Positions 63,804 through 64,000 of a DNA stretch of 64,000 nucleotides are shown piece by piece. The notes below the pieces were generated by a model, which saw nothing but the letters and a program-made list of their open reading frames with translations, made no database searches and was not told the origin of the DNA. A program made the position numbers and the translations under genes. The first letter of the stretch is position 1. The number at the start of each line of letters is the position of its first letter. The stretch covers positions 26,466 through 90,465 of the forward strand of contig JAAOMT010000213.1 in NCBI GenBank assembly GCA_016748015.1. The letters run 5' to 3'. Source of the stretch: Geosiphon pyriformis uo1. Taxonomy: Eukaryota; Fungi; Glomeromycota.

Positions 63804-63839
63804 GCGCACCTCCAAAGAGTGAGAGTGCAAGCCAACCAG
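63791..63839 (+). promoter_or_regulatory. Predicted -1 ribosomal frameshift signal (U UUA AAC plus stem-loop)
   Basis: Heptamer in correct phase two codons before the gag stop; -1 frame reads LVGAPP...DMDELAIN into pol. Confidence 0.88.
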
Positions 63840-64000
63840 AAGAAAACCCCTTTTATGCTTTTAACTTAACTGATGATGACCATGACATGGATGAATTAGC
63901 AATCAACTCCTCTGAATCCACAAGAAAAAAGAAGAAAGCCAAAGTTGATTTCGTTCTGGACCCCAATAAAGCTTCTACATCAACTGCTGACAACAATGAG

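Larger units (their letters stand above)
61572..64000 (+). mobile_element. Gypsy element 5' part (LTR 61572-62201, PBS, gag, start of pol), runs off the window
   Basis: TGTTAC...GTAACA LTR, 432 aa gag ORF, frameshift site. Confidence 0.95.

Overview
The window is a gene-free eukaryotic nest of decayed retroelements, probably fungal; a Glomeromycota-like origin is only an impression from composition and TE style. No host gene, RNA gene, CRISPR array or DNA transposon is supported. Nearly every base after ~620 belongs to one of four families. (1) An autonomous LINE of ~7.5 kb without inserts: ORF1 with RRM-like and CCHC motifs; ORF2 with AP endonuclease, RT, RNase H and a C-terminal Cys/His motif. 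(2) A ~2.4 kb ORF1-only, RT-less, poly(A)-tailed element (HAL1-like) in at least 8 ORF-bearing copies of two subfamilies. It makes 12-15 bp TSDs and shares its last three codons and structured 3' UTR with the LINE, so it is an apparent protein-coding parasite of that LINE. (3) A ~7.5-7.7 kb Ty3/Gypsy element with an unusual layout: Gag with an N-terminal HHCC-like extension, a UUUAAAC -1 frameshift into PR-RT-RNaseH, integrase as a separate ORF, and a ~218 aa non-env ORF running into the 3' LTR. It has 4-bp TSDs and a tRNA-Ile(UAU)-like PBS. (4) A solo LTR of a second family. TSDs give the nesting order and show that a block of at least 8.4 kb (53191-61571) is inverted relative to its original context. 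All copies carry heavy C>T/G>A decay, strongest at the left end. Coordinates were read by eye and may be off by a few bases.
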